This document shows, in pieces, positions 11,121 to 22,822 of a DNA stretch of 64,000 nucleotides. The DNA comes from Selaginella moellendorffii (taxonomy: Eukaryota; Plantae; Lycopodiophyta), in contig NW_003314291.1 of the NCBI RefSeq assembly GCF_000143415.4, positions 1,007,702-1,071,701 on the forward strand. The letters run 5' to 3'. The first letter of the stretch is position 1. Every line of letters starts with the position of its first letter. A program made the translations under genes and the position numbers. The notes beneath the pieces were generated by a model. It was not told the origin of the DNA. It did not search any database and worked only from the letters and a program-made list of their open reading frames with translations.

Positions 11121-13088
11121 CGATCTCCAGTCTCTCACAAACTCTCACAAAAAAAAGCCATTCTTTCCATATTTTTAAATGTTAATAGCAATTATTATTG
11201 TACTAAAGCATATACTTATAAATTATAAACACAACAAAGCTATAGTTGTCCTTTTTACTGTGAGATATATTTGATTAAGCCCATAGTGGCGTATTAACTG
11301 TAATATGCCTGGTAGATGAGCGACAAGGCCATCTTTTCTAGCATTGTTATGCTCGCAAACCCCTTGGTTGGATGTCTCCCAAGTTTATAATTGCGTCGGG
11401 ATCGCGAAACTCTCGCCCGGATAGGATCCACCCCTTCGTGCTTTTGATCTTCTCTCGACAGCCCAATGAAGTCTCGCATCGAGCACAAGCGATGCATGAT
11501 CCGCCGCTGTTCTTCTTTCTTTCTAACGAGAAGATTTTGTCTCGTCTCGGGGCCTGGGACATGGACGCTGAGAGCCTGGTACCATAATGATTTTAAGAAG
11601 CACATTAGTCCAAGCAAAGCTTCCCGACCTGGTCGTGACTGGCAGCAGCAATCCAGTGTGCCTGCCATTTAAGTCTGTGGTGTATAGAATAAGTGTACGT
11701 GCTGGCTGGATCTGTCCCGGCGCTGCACTCCAGAGTGAGTCATCACAAGGTATGTAATCTAGCATTTTTTTCCTAGAGATAAGAACTTACATCCACTTGG
11801 AAGAGCTTCGCACGCAAAGCATATAACGCGAGGAGACACTCCAATGCCATCTGTGACCGTGTTGGAGTTGAACACTTCAAAAGGTTGTGTTGGAAAAAAC
11901 ATCGAAATGCTACAGCAACATGACGGAAGGCTGGCGTTAAAACACAAACGAAACGACCAACAGACCGGCAGTAAAGCAAGGCGAAAAACCATAGAAAAGA
12001 GAAAACGAAAAGGGAGGAGATCAAAAGTCTAAAAGCAAGTGAAAAAAAAAGGAAAAAAGAAGAGGAAGCGGTACCCGTTTGGACAATGCCGGTTCCCGTA
12101 CCGCACCAGTCGGTGATGTCCCACGCGCAGCGATCGATCTCAACTAAAAACAGTGAATCAACTCATTACCAGGCAATACTAAGCAGCCTAGAAACGAAAG
12201 ACTTACCAGTTTCCGTGATGTGATGGAACATAAAACACCGACTGTCGTCGTCCACTGTTGAATCCTAGCAGTCATAATAGAATAAGTAGCAAAAGTCGGC
12301 TCGGCTCGGCTCTAAGAAAATTAAATCTGAAAAAAAAGAAAAGAAAAAAGAGATGAAGAACCAAGACGAGTGGAAGGGTCATATACCTCTGAACGAAGCT
12401 TCACAAAAATGCACTTTTTTGTGAGATTGAACGAAGCTCTACAGTAGGATCCCCTCGCTTTTGCTGGACGCACAGATACTATCCCTTGTGAAGTGGGCCG
12501 GGGAGGAGCTCCTTTCTTACAAAATCCCGTGTCCGATGGCCCTGTGTCCAAACTCTCCTCGTTAGACAAATAAGCTTTCGAGTAAAAGGATAACTCACCT
12601 ACTTCTCGCACCATACTTTACACTCCGTTTTCCCTCTCTTTCGGCTGAACAGCTTAATTTGGTCGCGTCTGAGTCGAGCAAGCGAAAGGGAAACCTGTGA
12701 GGCCGCGACTTGTGTTGATAGAAATCCACACATCTCCCCCCATCTCCATCACAGCTTTCTTTTCTCTTTGCTTGTTGCTTTCCTTCGCTCACTCGCAATC
12801 CCACCTCATCTTCCAGCCAGCGAGAGAGAGCCTCTGTCTGTCTCGGAAGTACTCGCAGCTAGCTACGCTTTCCTTCTTTGATTGATTGAGAGCTCTTCTC
12901 CGCGAGTGCGTGCTTGTTCACCGAAGTAAAGGTTCCCTCTTCCGTCTTGTCCAGCTTCCAAGCTTTCATGCAATTATTTGCCACCGGCGCCACCACTTCT
13001 CGCTAGTCCCAGCTTCATTCTTTCTCGTTGCGTGTCGAGGCTACTCTGAAGATATTCTTGCTGCCCGGCATATGATCGCATCACCACC

Positions 13089-13427
13089 ATGGAAGCAGCT
13101 ACCGACAGAAAGAAGATGACGATCGTCGTGTTGAATTTCATCCTGCTGGGACTTCTCGCCGAGAATGCTTTGTGTGCCAGGTATGGAGTAGCAGGAATTC
13201 CAGCGGCTTCTCCCTCTGCCTCTGCTCTTTCCCATGTTCCGTCTAAGGTCCAGTCTCAATTCTTCACAGTTCCCGCAAAGAAAGAGGCCGATCCAGCATT
13301 GCTTTCCGAGCAGAGAATGATCCACAATATGCTTCCCCGAGTTCTCACCACTCCACCTTCTGGTCCCAGCAGAGGAGGAAACGATATCGGTCTACAGTCC
13401 ACCACGGCCCAGGATAGTGCACCTTAA
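13089..13427 (+). CDS. Small secreted peptide precursor 3 (PIP/IDL-like, 112 aa)
   Basis: Hydrophobic signal IVVLNFILLGLLAENALCA, then MLPRVLTTPPSGPSRGGN. Strong start context (accATGG). Confidence 0.82.
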   Translation: MEAATDRKKMTIVVLNFILLGLLAENALCARYGVAGIPAASPSASALSHVPSKVQSQFFTVPAKKEADPALLSEQRMIHNMLPRVLTTPPSGPSRGGNDIGLQSTTAQDSAP

Positions 13428-14216
13428 GCAGCTAGAACCGGGATATATCTCCATGCATATAAAGGCAGCGAGTATGATATCGAGTCACGTCCTCGGTTTG
13501 TCTGTCTTCGTAAATGATCGTCCGATGATGGTGATCAGTAGTACCGCGGGAACATCCAGCAGGTTTCTCGAGGGACCCCTAGAAAAAGAGGAACAGCTGC
13601 TGCACCAGGAAAAATTTTGTAAGGAGGAGATTGAAGTTTTTTTAATCATAGAGAGCTTACTGTTAGCAGAGATTGTTCATGTACATTTCCCAATGTCTTG
13701 GTTCTTTTTTTGATTCCTATCGTAAACCTGAAAAAAACACAAGTCAGACCAAAGCATAGGTGGTAATCAGTGTAAAACACTGACCGTTCTCCATTCAAAC
13801 AGCACCAACATGGGACTTTAATCACCAGTTTTTGTCTCCAATCCCGGCAGCAACCATCGCTGGCCGGATCTCTTTCGTAAAAGAAAGCCGCAGACTTTGA
13901 AAACTTAAGAACCTGTTTGAATAAAACACTGCAGAGCAGAATAAGAAGTCCAAGATCACATGCTTCACATGCATTCATAACGCACAAATCCATCACAGTC
14001 AAAGCTCAAATCCCCCGAAAAAAAGAAGAGAAACCAGAAGTTTTAGTTTGCAGTTAAGAAACTTGTAGTTAGCACCGAGCTAAAACCACAAAATTGCACG
14101 AAAACACGACCTCCTATAGCTTAGCGTTAAGAAAGCACGGGAGTCTAGGTAGTTACACAACAGCATAGTGTACATTACCAGCAGATCCAAACCCGTTATC
14201 AAGCTTTTATTAGCCT

Positions 14217-16165
14217 TCATACAGCAGCCGGTTGATGTGGTCGACCACCTCGTCGAAACTGTCCACCTCGGTAGCCACCTCTGTAGCCTCCCCGACCACG
14301 AGACCTCAAAAAAGCGTCCCCGAAAGTCTATCAATCAAAGAAACCGAGTGAGAACCCAAACCAAGCACTGACACTCGACTAACCTCAGTGTTGATCTTAC
14401 GTTGCTCTGAAAACCTGGGGCGCTCGGTACCACCCTCACGATCCAGAGTGTCACAGGAGAGAGAATCGAAAAAGTCATCCTTGACATATACCGGCTGAAT
14501 GCAAAGCTTTATCAGAAATGTGATCCATAATGTGAAAGCGTCATTCGTACCTTTTTCCCGTCCTCCGGTTTCTGCCAGTTCTCGCTCACAGGCTCGTCCT
14601 CTCCGTTCCTTGGTTCAACCTTTCCTCCAAGCTCACCCCAAACCTCGTCCTTGTTGAACTTTTCATTCATCGCCATGAAATCAAAGTCCTCCGTAAAGTT
14701 CGTACGTTGAGAAGGCTGTCCATGATATCAAAATAAATACCACAAGAAAGAAGAAAAGCTCGAGTAAACATACCCCACGACCCCTTCCGCCGCGCCTTCC
14801 ATTTCCTCGCCAGTTATACCTTCCGTTGTACTCGTGCCTTTGACCATCGTGCCTCGGACCCTCGTGCCTCAAGTTCTCTGGCCTAGGCCCGTTGTTAGCC
14901 TGCCAAAACCACGTAAGTATGCCAAGACTTTGACAAAACTCTACTCGCACCTGCTGCTCCTTGGAATGAGATGATGACTCTTGCAGAGAGTTTTCGGCAG
15001 GTTGTAACTTCGATGGCTCCACCCCTTCCACTGGCGGTTGCTCGAGTGGAGTGGGAGTGTTCTTCTTCAGCTCTTGAGAGGAATCCAATGGTGCCTGAGA
15101 AACAGACGGCAGCCGTGGGAGCTTGGCGATCGGTGTCAATATCGCCGTCATTCCAACCGAGGAAGTAGTCTCGCGGGGCTTCTCCGTCTCCGGCGGACCT
15201 GTTGGATGTGTCGAGCTCGGCTGACTAACTTGAGGCGGTGGCCGCTGGTCAGGAGGTAAGAGCGGCTGCGATGGCAAATACGGTGGCTGCATTGCGTTTC
15301 CGCTAGGTGGTGGATAGTATCCCGGCCAGTAGAGTGCGTTTCCGACGGGCGGAGGTGGACGAGGACCCCATGCACCCAAGCCGACTGCTGGCGGATATGA
15401 CGAGCTGAGAAAACCCGGTGGTAGCAGCGCCTGTGAGTCACGCGGTGGTGGCATTCCCACTGCAGGATGGGGAATTGCTGGAGCGTGCGAGAACCCCGCT
15501 GGAACTTGAGGTGGTGGAACACCTCCGCTTGGAGGCTGTGGCATTCCTATCGGTGGAGCCATAATGGGTTGAGACATTCGTTGCGCTTTCTGGGGCTGCT
15601 GAGACTGAAAGAAAACAAAACTTGACAGCTTAGTACCTCGTATCATCACAGCATGAAAGCCTCACCTGAGCAATGATCGCCGGATCGTTGTAAGGCTGCG
15701 AATGGACCGCATGAGCTTGCGGAGAAGATTTCACCTGTAAATCCTGGAAAGGAAAGAGGCACAAAAAAAGATAGAAACAATTCAGAGAGGAAACAATGAA
15801 ACCACGGAAGAAATCCATACCTTGATGTCCGACCCACGAAAAATAATGTAGTCATAGACGCTATCCCTGGGAGGAATCTGCGGCCCTTCCTTCTTCCTCC
15901 CTTCGGTTCCATACGAACGAACTGGAAACAAAGCAAGAGCGCACGGATTCGTGAGCTCCCGAGCTCCAACCCTAGCGAAACATCGCCATAGCCTACCGTT
16001 TTGGAGCGCGATGTTGCAGTTCTCGGCGTCGATGGTGTAGAGCACGCCCTCGTAGCGGATGTCGCTCTTGGATGTGAGGCTGATGAGGCTTCCAATGTAG
16101 GAATCGAAGTTGGCACTACCTTTGCTGCTGTCGCCCCCGGGCGCCACGGCGCTAGCGTCCCCCAT
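14217..16165 (-). CDS. DCP5: Decapping 5 / Lsm14 family protein
   Basis: LSm14 domain ([44 protein letters not shown]), Pro-rich linker, FDF box ([16 protein letters not shown]), FFD and TFG boxes, RGG tail. Multi-exon, stop TGA at 14217-14219. Confidence 0.93.
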
Positions 16166-16434
16166 CCCGCTCACAAAGACGAAGAACCCTAGTGTTGCTT
16201 AACAGCTTAAATGCTACCTCTCAATGCGGTAAAAATTTCAAGGCAAAAAAAAAAAAAAACTATGGGAGACCTTACAACTTAGAACTCTTCTTCGCGCTCG
16301 ACGATGATTCTCTTCTCTACTGTTTCGGCGATTACACAGAGAAAACTATCAATAGCGTTTCTACCACTTGTACAGGAACTCTACGCGAGTTCTTCCTCTT
16401 CTTGGAGCTCGCTCGAGTTCTTTTTCTTCGAGCT

Positions 16435-18520
16435 CTAGGCGTGTTCTTCTTCTTCTTCAAGCTCGCTACCGAAGTAAGTGTCGAGGAGGTGATTCGCCAT
16501 GTTTCTCAGCTCATCGTTCTCGTGGAAGTGGAGCATCTCAATCGCCAGCATTCCATCGCAAGCTTCCACGAGCTTTGTGCCGTTTTGGAGGCAGCGCATC
16601 ACCTGTGAGGAGGAAGAACAAAGAGCTTCGTGTCAGCGAAGGAAGAAAATGGTTGATCCACTTACCAGTTCCAGGAACTGGAGGCCGAGTTTCGATCCCT
16701 CCGGGTCGGGCGACTTCACCAGATTGACGAACTCGGCAACACAGCCGGATTGGGCGAGCGCCGAGAGATGAGCGTGGATGGGCTGTGACGCTGTCTGTGC
16801 TGCTGTTGCTTCTTTCGGCATCACGCAGAGGTTTCCCAGCGCGTAGACGGCCTCCTTCTTCACGTCGAAGCTGGCTGTCGCGAGCAGATTCACCAGCGGA
16901 CCACAGGCTACAGGGAAGACGTGCTCTTTGTGCTGCATGGATCCAGCAGCTAAGTTGGAGATCACCCACGCAGCTTCCTGTTTTGAGTGTGATGAGTGTT
17001 CATGAAAGAAGACCAAAAGTCTACCTTCTGCAACGCTCTATGATTCGTCTGTAAGCAGCGGACAAGCGCTCCAACAACACCACCTGGAAGATATCTCTCG
17101 GGAAAAGCTCCTAGGATATAGAAAATATAATGTTACCAGGGACAGTGGAGCCAGCAGCAATCACGCCATCACTCATCTTGTTGTCTCCACAAACTATGTT
17201 CCCAATAACTCGTAGCACCTAAAACAAGATAGTGAGAAAACAAGCGACCAAGACCAAAAACTAACTTACAGGGGTAAGAACTGTTAGCTGGTTGGATGTT
17301 GCCAGCCACTCGACGAGAGGTCGAAGCAAAGTAGCGTTAATCAGCTGCTTAGTATCAGCGAGAGCACTGATATAGACGAGGACCCACGCCGTCTCCGCAA
17401 CCAAATCTTCATCCCTGGAATATAAACAATCAAAAGTGTATCAAACCAAAAACTATGATCATCTTACTTTGAATGCAAGTGTTGAACGAGACCTGGCAGA
17501 ATGCCATCGATGCTAAGCAAATCCGAAGCACCTTTCGTGCTTGGACCCTGCAAGGAGCGCATGAAAAACTCATCAGAACGAAGTCAAGCGTTACACTACC
17601 TTGATGAGATTTGACAGAGCCCAGCAAGCAGTTCGTGCGACAGACGTTTTTTGAGACAAGGCCAATCGAGCAAGCGGCCGAAGAGATCCTTGAGCAAGAA
17701 GTATTTTTCTTATCTCCTCGCTGTCACCGGCAAAGTTTCCCAAAGCCCATGTACACTGCTCCGCAACAAGAAGAGAGCTATTTTCTGGAAAGAAAAACGT
17801 CGTCATACACACGAAAGAAAAAAAAACGCAGATACCTCCAAGATGAGCAATGAGAAGAGGAACGGGCATTAGCAAATCTTCTTGCTGCTGGACATCCTCT
17901 ACAGCGATGTTTGTCAAACACCAAGCAGCTTCGAGCAGCTTGGAGAAAGAAGAAAAACAAACTTAGCAGCAAAACAGAAGAAAATGGTAGAGCACTTACC
18001 TGTTCTTCGCTTGATCCAAATTTCAGGCACTCCACAAGCACTGGGATGAGACCAGCTTCCACAGCAACGCTCACTGGCGGCAAAGAGCTGCACGAAAGAA
18101 ATCGCCTCACCTTCTTGAGAGCTTCTAGCTTCCGATGAGAAGCTCCCTTGGAGCTAAGCAGCTGCTAGCATTAGTCCCAAGCATTCCAAGCAAAAACTAA
18201 GAAACTTACATGTCTTGGCTAGCGCTGACTAGCTCCGCCACTGCCGATTTCACGTCATTCTCCAAGGCGATCCTCGAATCCTCGTCGCCCTCGCAGTACA
18301 TTTCCATCCCATCCTCCTCGTCTTGGCTCCTGCGCATTCGCTTGGCTCGCACGGCAGCATCCCGGCGCTCTTTGCTCAGCGCGACCGCCAATTTGCGCCG
18401 CCTCTGCCCAGCTCCACTCGCGACTGCTTGAAACAATGAGGCGAGACTGGAAATGGAGGAGATCGAGATCTTACCCGATGGCTTGAAGCGATCGCGACGA
18501 GCGGGGCTCACAGCATCCAT
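16435..18520 (-). CDS. Importin subunit alpha (IMPA-9-like)
   Basis: IBB-like QRRRKLAVALSKERR..VRAKR and ARM repeats (AEQCTWALGNFAGD, TACWALSNL, EAAWVISNLAAG, KEAVYALGN). Last exon ends TYFGSELEEEEEHA*. Confidence 0.9.
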
Positions 18521-18568
18521 CTTGCTCGCTTATTTAGGGTTTAAGAGGAATTCTAGGGTTCTTGTCAT

Positions 18569-19416
18569 TTAGGCGCCATTTACAAGCTCTTCGATTTCTT
18601 TCTCCGTGTCGCTGCCCTGCATTTGATCATAGTCGTCCAGATCTTGGTAGCACGCCAGAAGGATCTTTGCGATCTCGGTGTCGATGCAAGCTTCTTCCAG
18701 ATCGGAGTCGGCTATGGATTCCAAATCGCCTGCGCGAAGCAAGAAATTGGTAAATTTTTGCTCTAGAGGTATGTTCCAGCACCTTGAGGCATTTGTGACT
18801 GTGTGAGAATGCCGCTAGCTTCCTGCGAAGAAATCTGTAAGCTGGATTGTTCTTCAGATTTCTAGTAACGCTGTGGATTTTTTTCTTTATTTCTTGAGGA
18901 ACTTATAGTTTACTGTTTGGAAATTATGCTACTTTGTGAGAAACTTACTTGAGCTCGCTCTTCTTCATCCAGTTGTGGAGGATCCGTTCGAGCTTTTCTA
19001 CCAAGAACAACTCCCACAGCTGCTGCAAGCTTTTCAGCGTGAACAGCATTACCAGTGTTTTGGACGACGACTTCCAGCGCTTCCGCTGCTTTCGGAATGA
19101 GGTCAGTCGCTATACTATCACCCTCTTGCTTTTGATGATCATTTCTCTCACTTCTGAGTTTGTTCTTCCCAGCACTGGTGCCGCTAGATTCGTCACCACT
19201 GCTGCTAAGCAAAGCACTACCATCACCATCGTCTACGTCCTCACCAGGTAACGAAACTACGCTTTCTCTTGCATTCTCGTTCTCTAACGTTTGCTTGGTC
19301 AGGATCCCGGAGTTTTTCGCAATAAGTAGCTTCAACTGTGCCAGATCCAGCGCCTCCAAAGAATTACCAGCGGTCGAGAGCTTGTCCATTTCGCTCTTGG
19401 AGACGCCACAACCCAT
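18569..19416 (-). CDS. Uncharacterised acidic protein with N-terminal MGCxxS acylation motif (multi-exon)
   Basis: Long first exon MGCGVSKSE..., gtaagt donor near 18948, last exon ...EEACIDTEIAKILLACYQDLDD..ELVNGA* (TAA 18569-18571). Internal splice sites are uncertain. Confidence 0.6.
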
Positions 19417-20108
19417 CAGTTGCCAGCCGGGGTCATCGAGTCAGGTGTTCCAATCGATCAAATATTACGAGGCTGGCACCAAAAGCGACCTCTCCTCTCT
19501 CTTTTCCTTAAAGACGGGGAGGAGGGAGTGACCATCAAAATTCATGGCGCACTGCTGTGAGGGACGAGGTCGGTGATTCCTACTTCTCTGGTTTAACAAA
19601 CTTCTTCCACCTTCACAGGCCCAAGCGGCTCTCACGTTTCACGCATGACTTCTGCAAGCACTGATCTGTTGCAGTTTGTTGAAAGAGACGTCATCGGGGC
19701 CGTCGGATGCCCGCCAACGGACGGCTGCTGTTCACGCAAAACTTAAGAAAAACGGGAGAGCAAGGCAGTTGTCACTCTCTTGGGACTCGCGGATCATCCA
19801 GGTGAGTGCGCAAAAAAGAGGACAAAATTGTTTTGGGAGGCGTTTGTTTCTTGAAACGCTTGGTGGTGGTGATTTTCTCGCTTGGCGATTCGCGCTTGAT
19901 TGATTGCGGGCATTCATTTTTCTCTTTTCTTCTTGCTGCTAGTACTTGGCTTCCATTTGCTCTGTACTTTACTTTTTGTTGCACTGTGGTGCATTTGTTT
20001 TTTTCCTGTTGGATCTCTCGGAGTTAATGCTGCCAATTTCCAGCTCTCCTGCTCCAGAAGGCAGATTAAAAGCCGAGAAACCAAGGGGAGAAATCTACGC
20101 CCAGGTTC

Positions 20109-20774
20109 ATGTCAGATTTTGATATCCAAATTCCTGGCGCCTTCGGTGAGTGAGCCTTTTGCAGCGCTCTCAAACGATTTACTAACTATTCTCCATGCAG
20201 CAGACCCGTTCGCAGAAGCGAATGTTGATGACCAAGGAGCGGGGTCCAAAGAATACGTTCATGTTCGCATCCAGCAGAGGAATGGGCGCAAGAGCTTGAC
20301 CACCGTCCAGGGCCTCAAGAAAGAGTTCAACTACAACAAGATACTCAAAGACTTCAAGCGAGTGAGAGCCCTTCTTTTCCTCTTTCCTTTTCGAGTGATC
20401 TACTTAAGAGCCTTCAAGTGAACTGGTTTTACTGTCTCAGGAATTTTGCTGTAACGGGACAGTTGTGGACGACACAGAGCTAGGACAGGTTTGTTTTTTT
20501 GCTTGTGTGTGGTTGCTGTTGCACGGATTCTGGCACTGAGAAGAAGTCGTACGTTTTGATTTTTTTTTCTCCTTTTTTTGCAGGTGATCCAGCTCCAGGG
20601 CGACCAGCGAAAAAATGTCTCCCAGTTCCTGGTACAGGTCTGTCTAGTAGCGTAGCAGTCCTATCGCTGAAAGTAATAAATTTTGTGCTGCTGAGAGCTC
20701 ATAAGTTTCTCGACGTGGTTCCTTTTCAGGCTGGCGTTGCCAAGAAGGACCAGATCAAGATACATGGTTTCTAG
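20109..20774 (+). CDS. SUI1: Translation initiation factor eIF1/SUI1
   Basis: Five exons give MSDFDIQIPGAF-DPFAEAN..YVHVRIQQRNGRKSLTTVQGL..EFCCNGTVV..VIQLQGDQRKNVSQFL..IKIHGF*. Confidence 0.96.
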
Positions 20775-22822
20775 GAGGAGAGAGGACGTGCGATTATTTT
20801 TGCTCCCCCAAGGAAGGATAGAGGAGAGATAAGTATTTTTTCTTGGGTTGGATTTAATAAGGTGAGAGCTTGAAGGAGATCTAGACAAGAGTCTTCACAG
20901 CACGACGAAGATCGATGCGATGTTTTCTCGTCGCAGTTAAGAAGCGCGCTCTCTATTGACGGCTACGCAGATCAATGGATTCGTCTTCGTGCTTGGATGA
21001 GAAATCGATGCAGAGACAAGGAAGACCATGGGAAGGAAGCACAAGACATGTTTAAGCGTTCTTCTCAAAGCCAGAGCGAGCAAGCAAGGGCTTTGAGGTG
21101 TGTGTAGAGTTATGAGGCTTCACTCAAGTTAAACTATGGATGTTTGTTTCTCGCTCGTATGTGTGTACACACGACTACGTATCTTTTCGGAGTTTCGAGG
21201 GAATCTCTACGATTGGAAAAAGCAGATGTGTGTTCTTTCTGTGTGAGAAGATCTCTTTAATTTGAATCAAAGCGTGGGTATAAAGGTTTGCTTTTTGCTC
21301 CCTCCATCCACCAGCTTTTGGTTTCCAAAAATTTTTGCTCGTTATCTTTTGATTCGAAAAAAAAATCATTCCAAAACCTTGTAAAGAACTTTAGGCTCAG
21401 TGGAGATGATAAAGGTGGCAAACAATGCCCCATCTAGAGAATATCATACCATGATATCTAAGAAGTTGTCAACAAAATGATTGTCCAAGAAATGCTATTA
21501 CCCATATGGTAATAAGATCTATATCTACCTGGCCAGTTGGTGGCCAGGGTGGCCCACGTTGGGCCAGTTGTGGCCACCGAATTACCCGGGTTATTTTTTT
21601 GAAAAATCCGCCAAAAGGATGGGACATCCATGCGCATGCGAATGCCCGGATGTGCGCATGCGCATCCATGCCCATCATGTGGGATTAAACATTAAACCGG
21701 TTAAACACACCACTAGAACCGCCCACGTTTAACCGAAAGGGTTAAGTTAATCTGGTAGCTTAGCTTAAGCAACCCTTTAGCTCTAGCTCGAGCTCCAATG
21801 TAGGCAGAGGGAGGACGAGGTCTTGCGCGGTGTCACTGCGCGTTTTGTTTCCAGCGCTTGTGTTCTTCCGCCGATCATTCCCTCGTCGCCGCGGCAGCGC
21901 GGGAGGATCCTGGCAGGGCTAGGGCTGCCGGGAATCCGATCGCAAGAAGCAGCGCTGCTCTCCGCAGATTATCTCGAGCGGCGCCAAGCAGATAGGGCCA
22001 AGGATCTCCACAAAGCTGCCGCCGCTGAGGTACCGCTGCGCGATTGACTGGATTAGAGCGTGGTGTGTGTCGGCATTGGCATTTCCAGGTGTGTGTGGGG
22101 TGCGTGTGATCGATAATCTTGTGATTTGAGGCGTTTTCTTGCAACTCCCTCCCTCTCTCTCTCGCACGCGCACACGATTCTTGGGTTTTTTTTCTCTTTT
22201 TTTTCTCTGCTCGAGCAGTGTAACATGTGACTGCTCTCACAGCTCACAAGAAAGCCAAAAAACGGTGATGGTCACAAATTTCGTCCGCGGGAGAGCACTC
22301 TCACAGGATAAAAAAGAGGGCTTCTTTTCTACTGCTGCTCGTCATGGGTCGCGGCATTTGGGTGTTGGCCAGGTGCTCCCAGGTGAGAGTCTCCTCCTCG
22401 TGAGTTTTTTTCGTTTCTTATCTATGGTTTTTATCGTTGTTTACTTGTCTTTGGATCCCGAGGCTGGGTCTTGGTCTTTTCTGTGATTTCTGCTAGAGAT
22501 TGAAGGTTCCTGTGTGAGCTTGCTCGGAAGAATTCGCTTCTTTTGCTTGTGAGCTTTTGGAAAAGACTGTTTTTTGCATGCATGCTTGTTGGTTGTTTAG
22601 CTGCTTTTCTTTTCGATATATAGTTCGTTGTTCTAAATCTTGTCTCCTTGTTTTGTATCACAGAAGTAGCAGCCTCTTTCGATGCACAGTGATCGTAGAC
22701 CCACCAAGAAGAACAGCAACGCGAGGCTGGTACTAGTAGCGCAGGGAAATCGCCAAAATCTCAAGAAGGAACAGGCTGACGAAGAGTCAAAAGGAGAGAA
22801 GGCTACCAATCTTTCCTTGCCA

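Noticed and set aside
11294-12900. Additional peptide genes between peptides 2 and 3
   Set aside because: The listed ORFs have no signal peptide plus SGPS motif.
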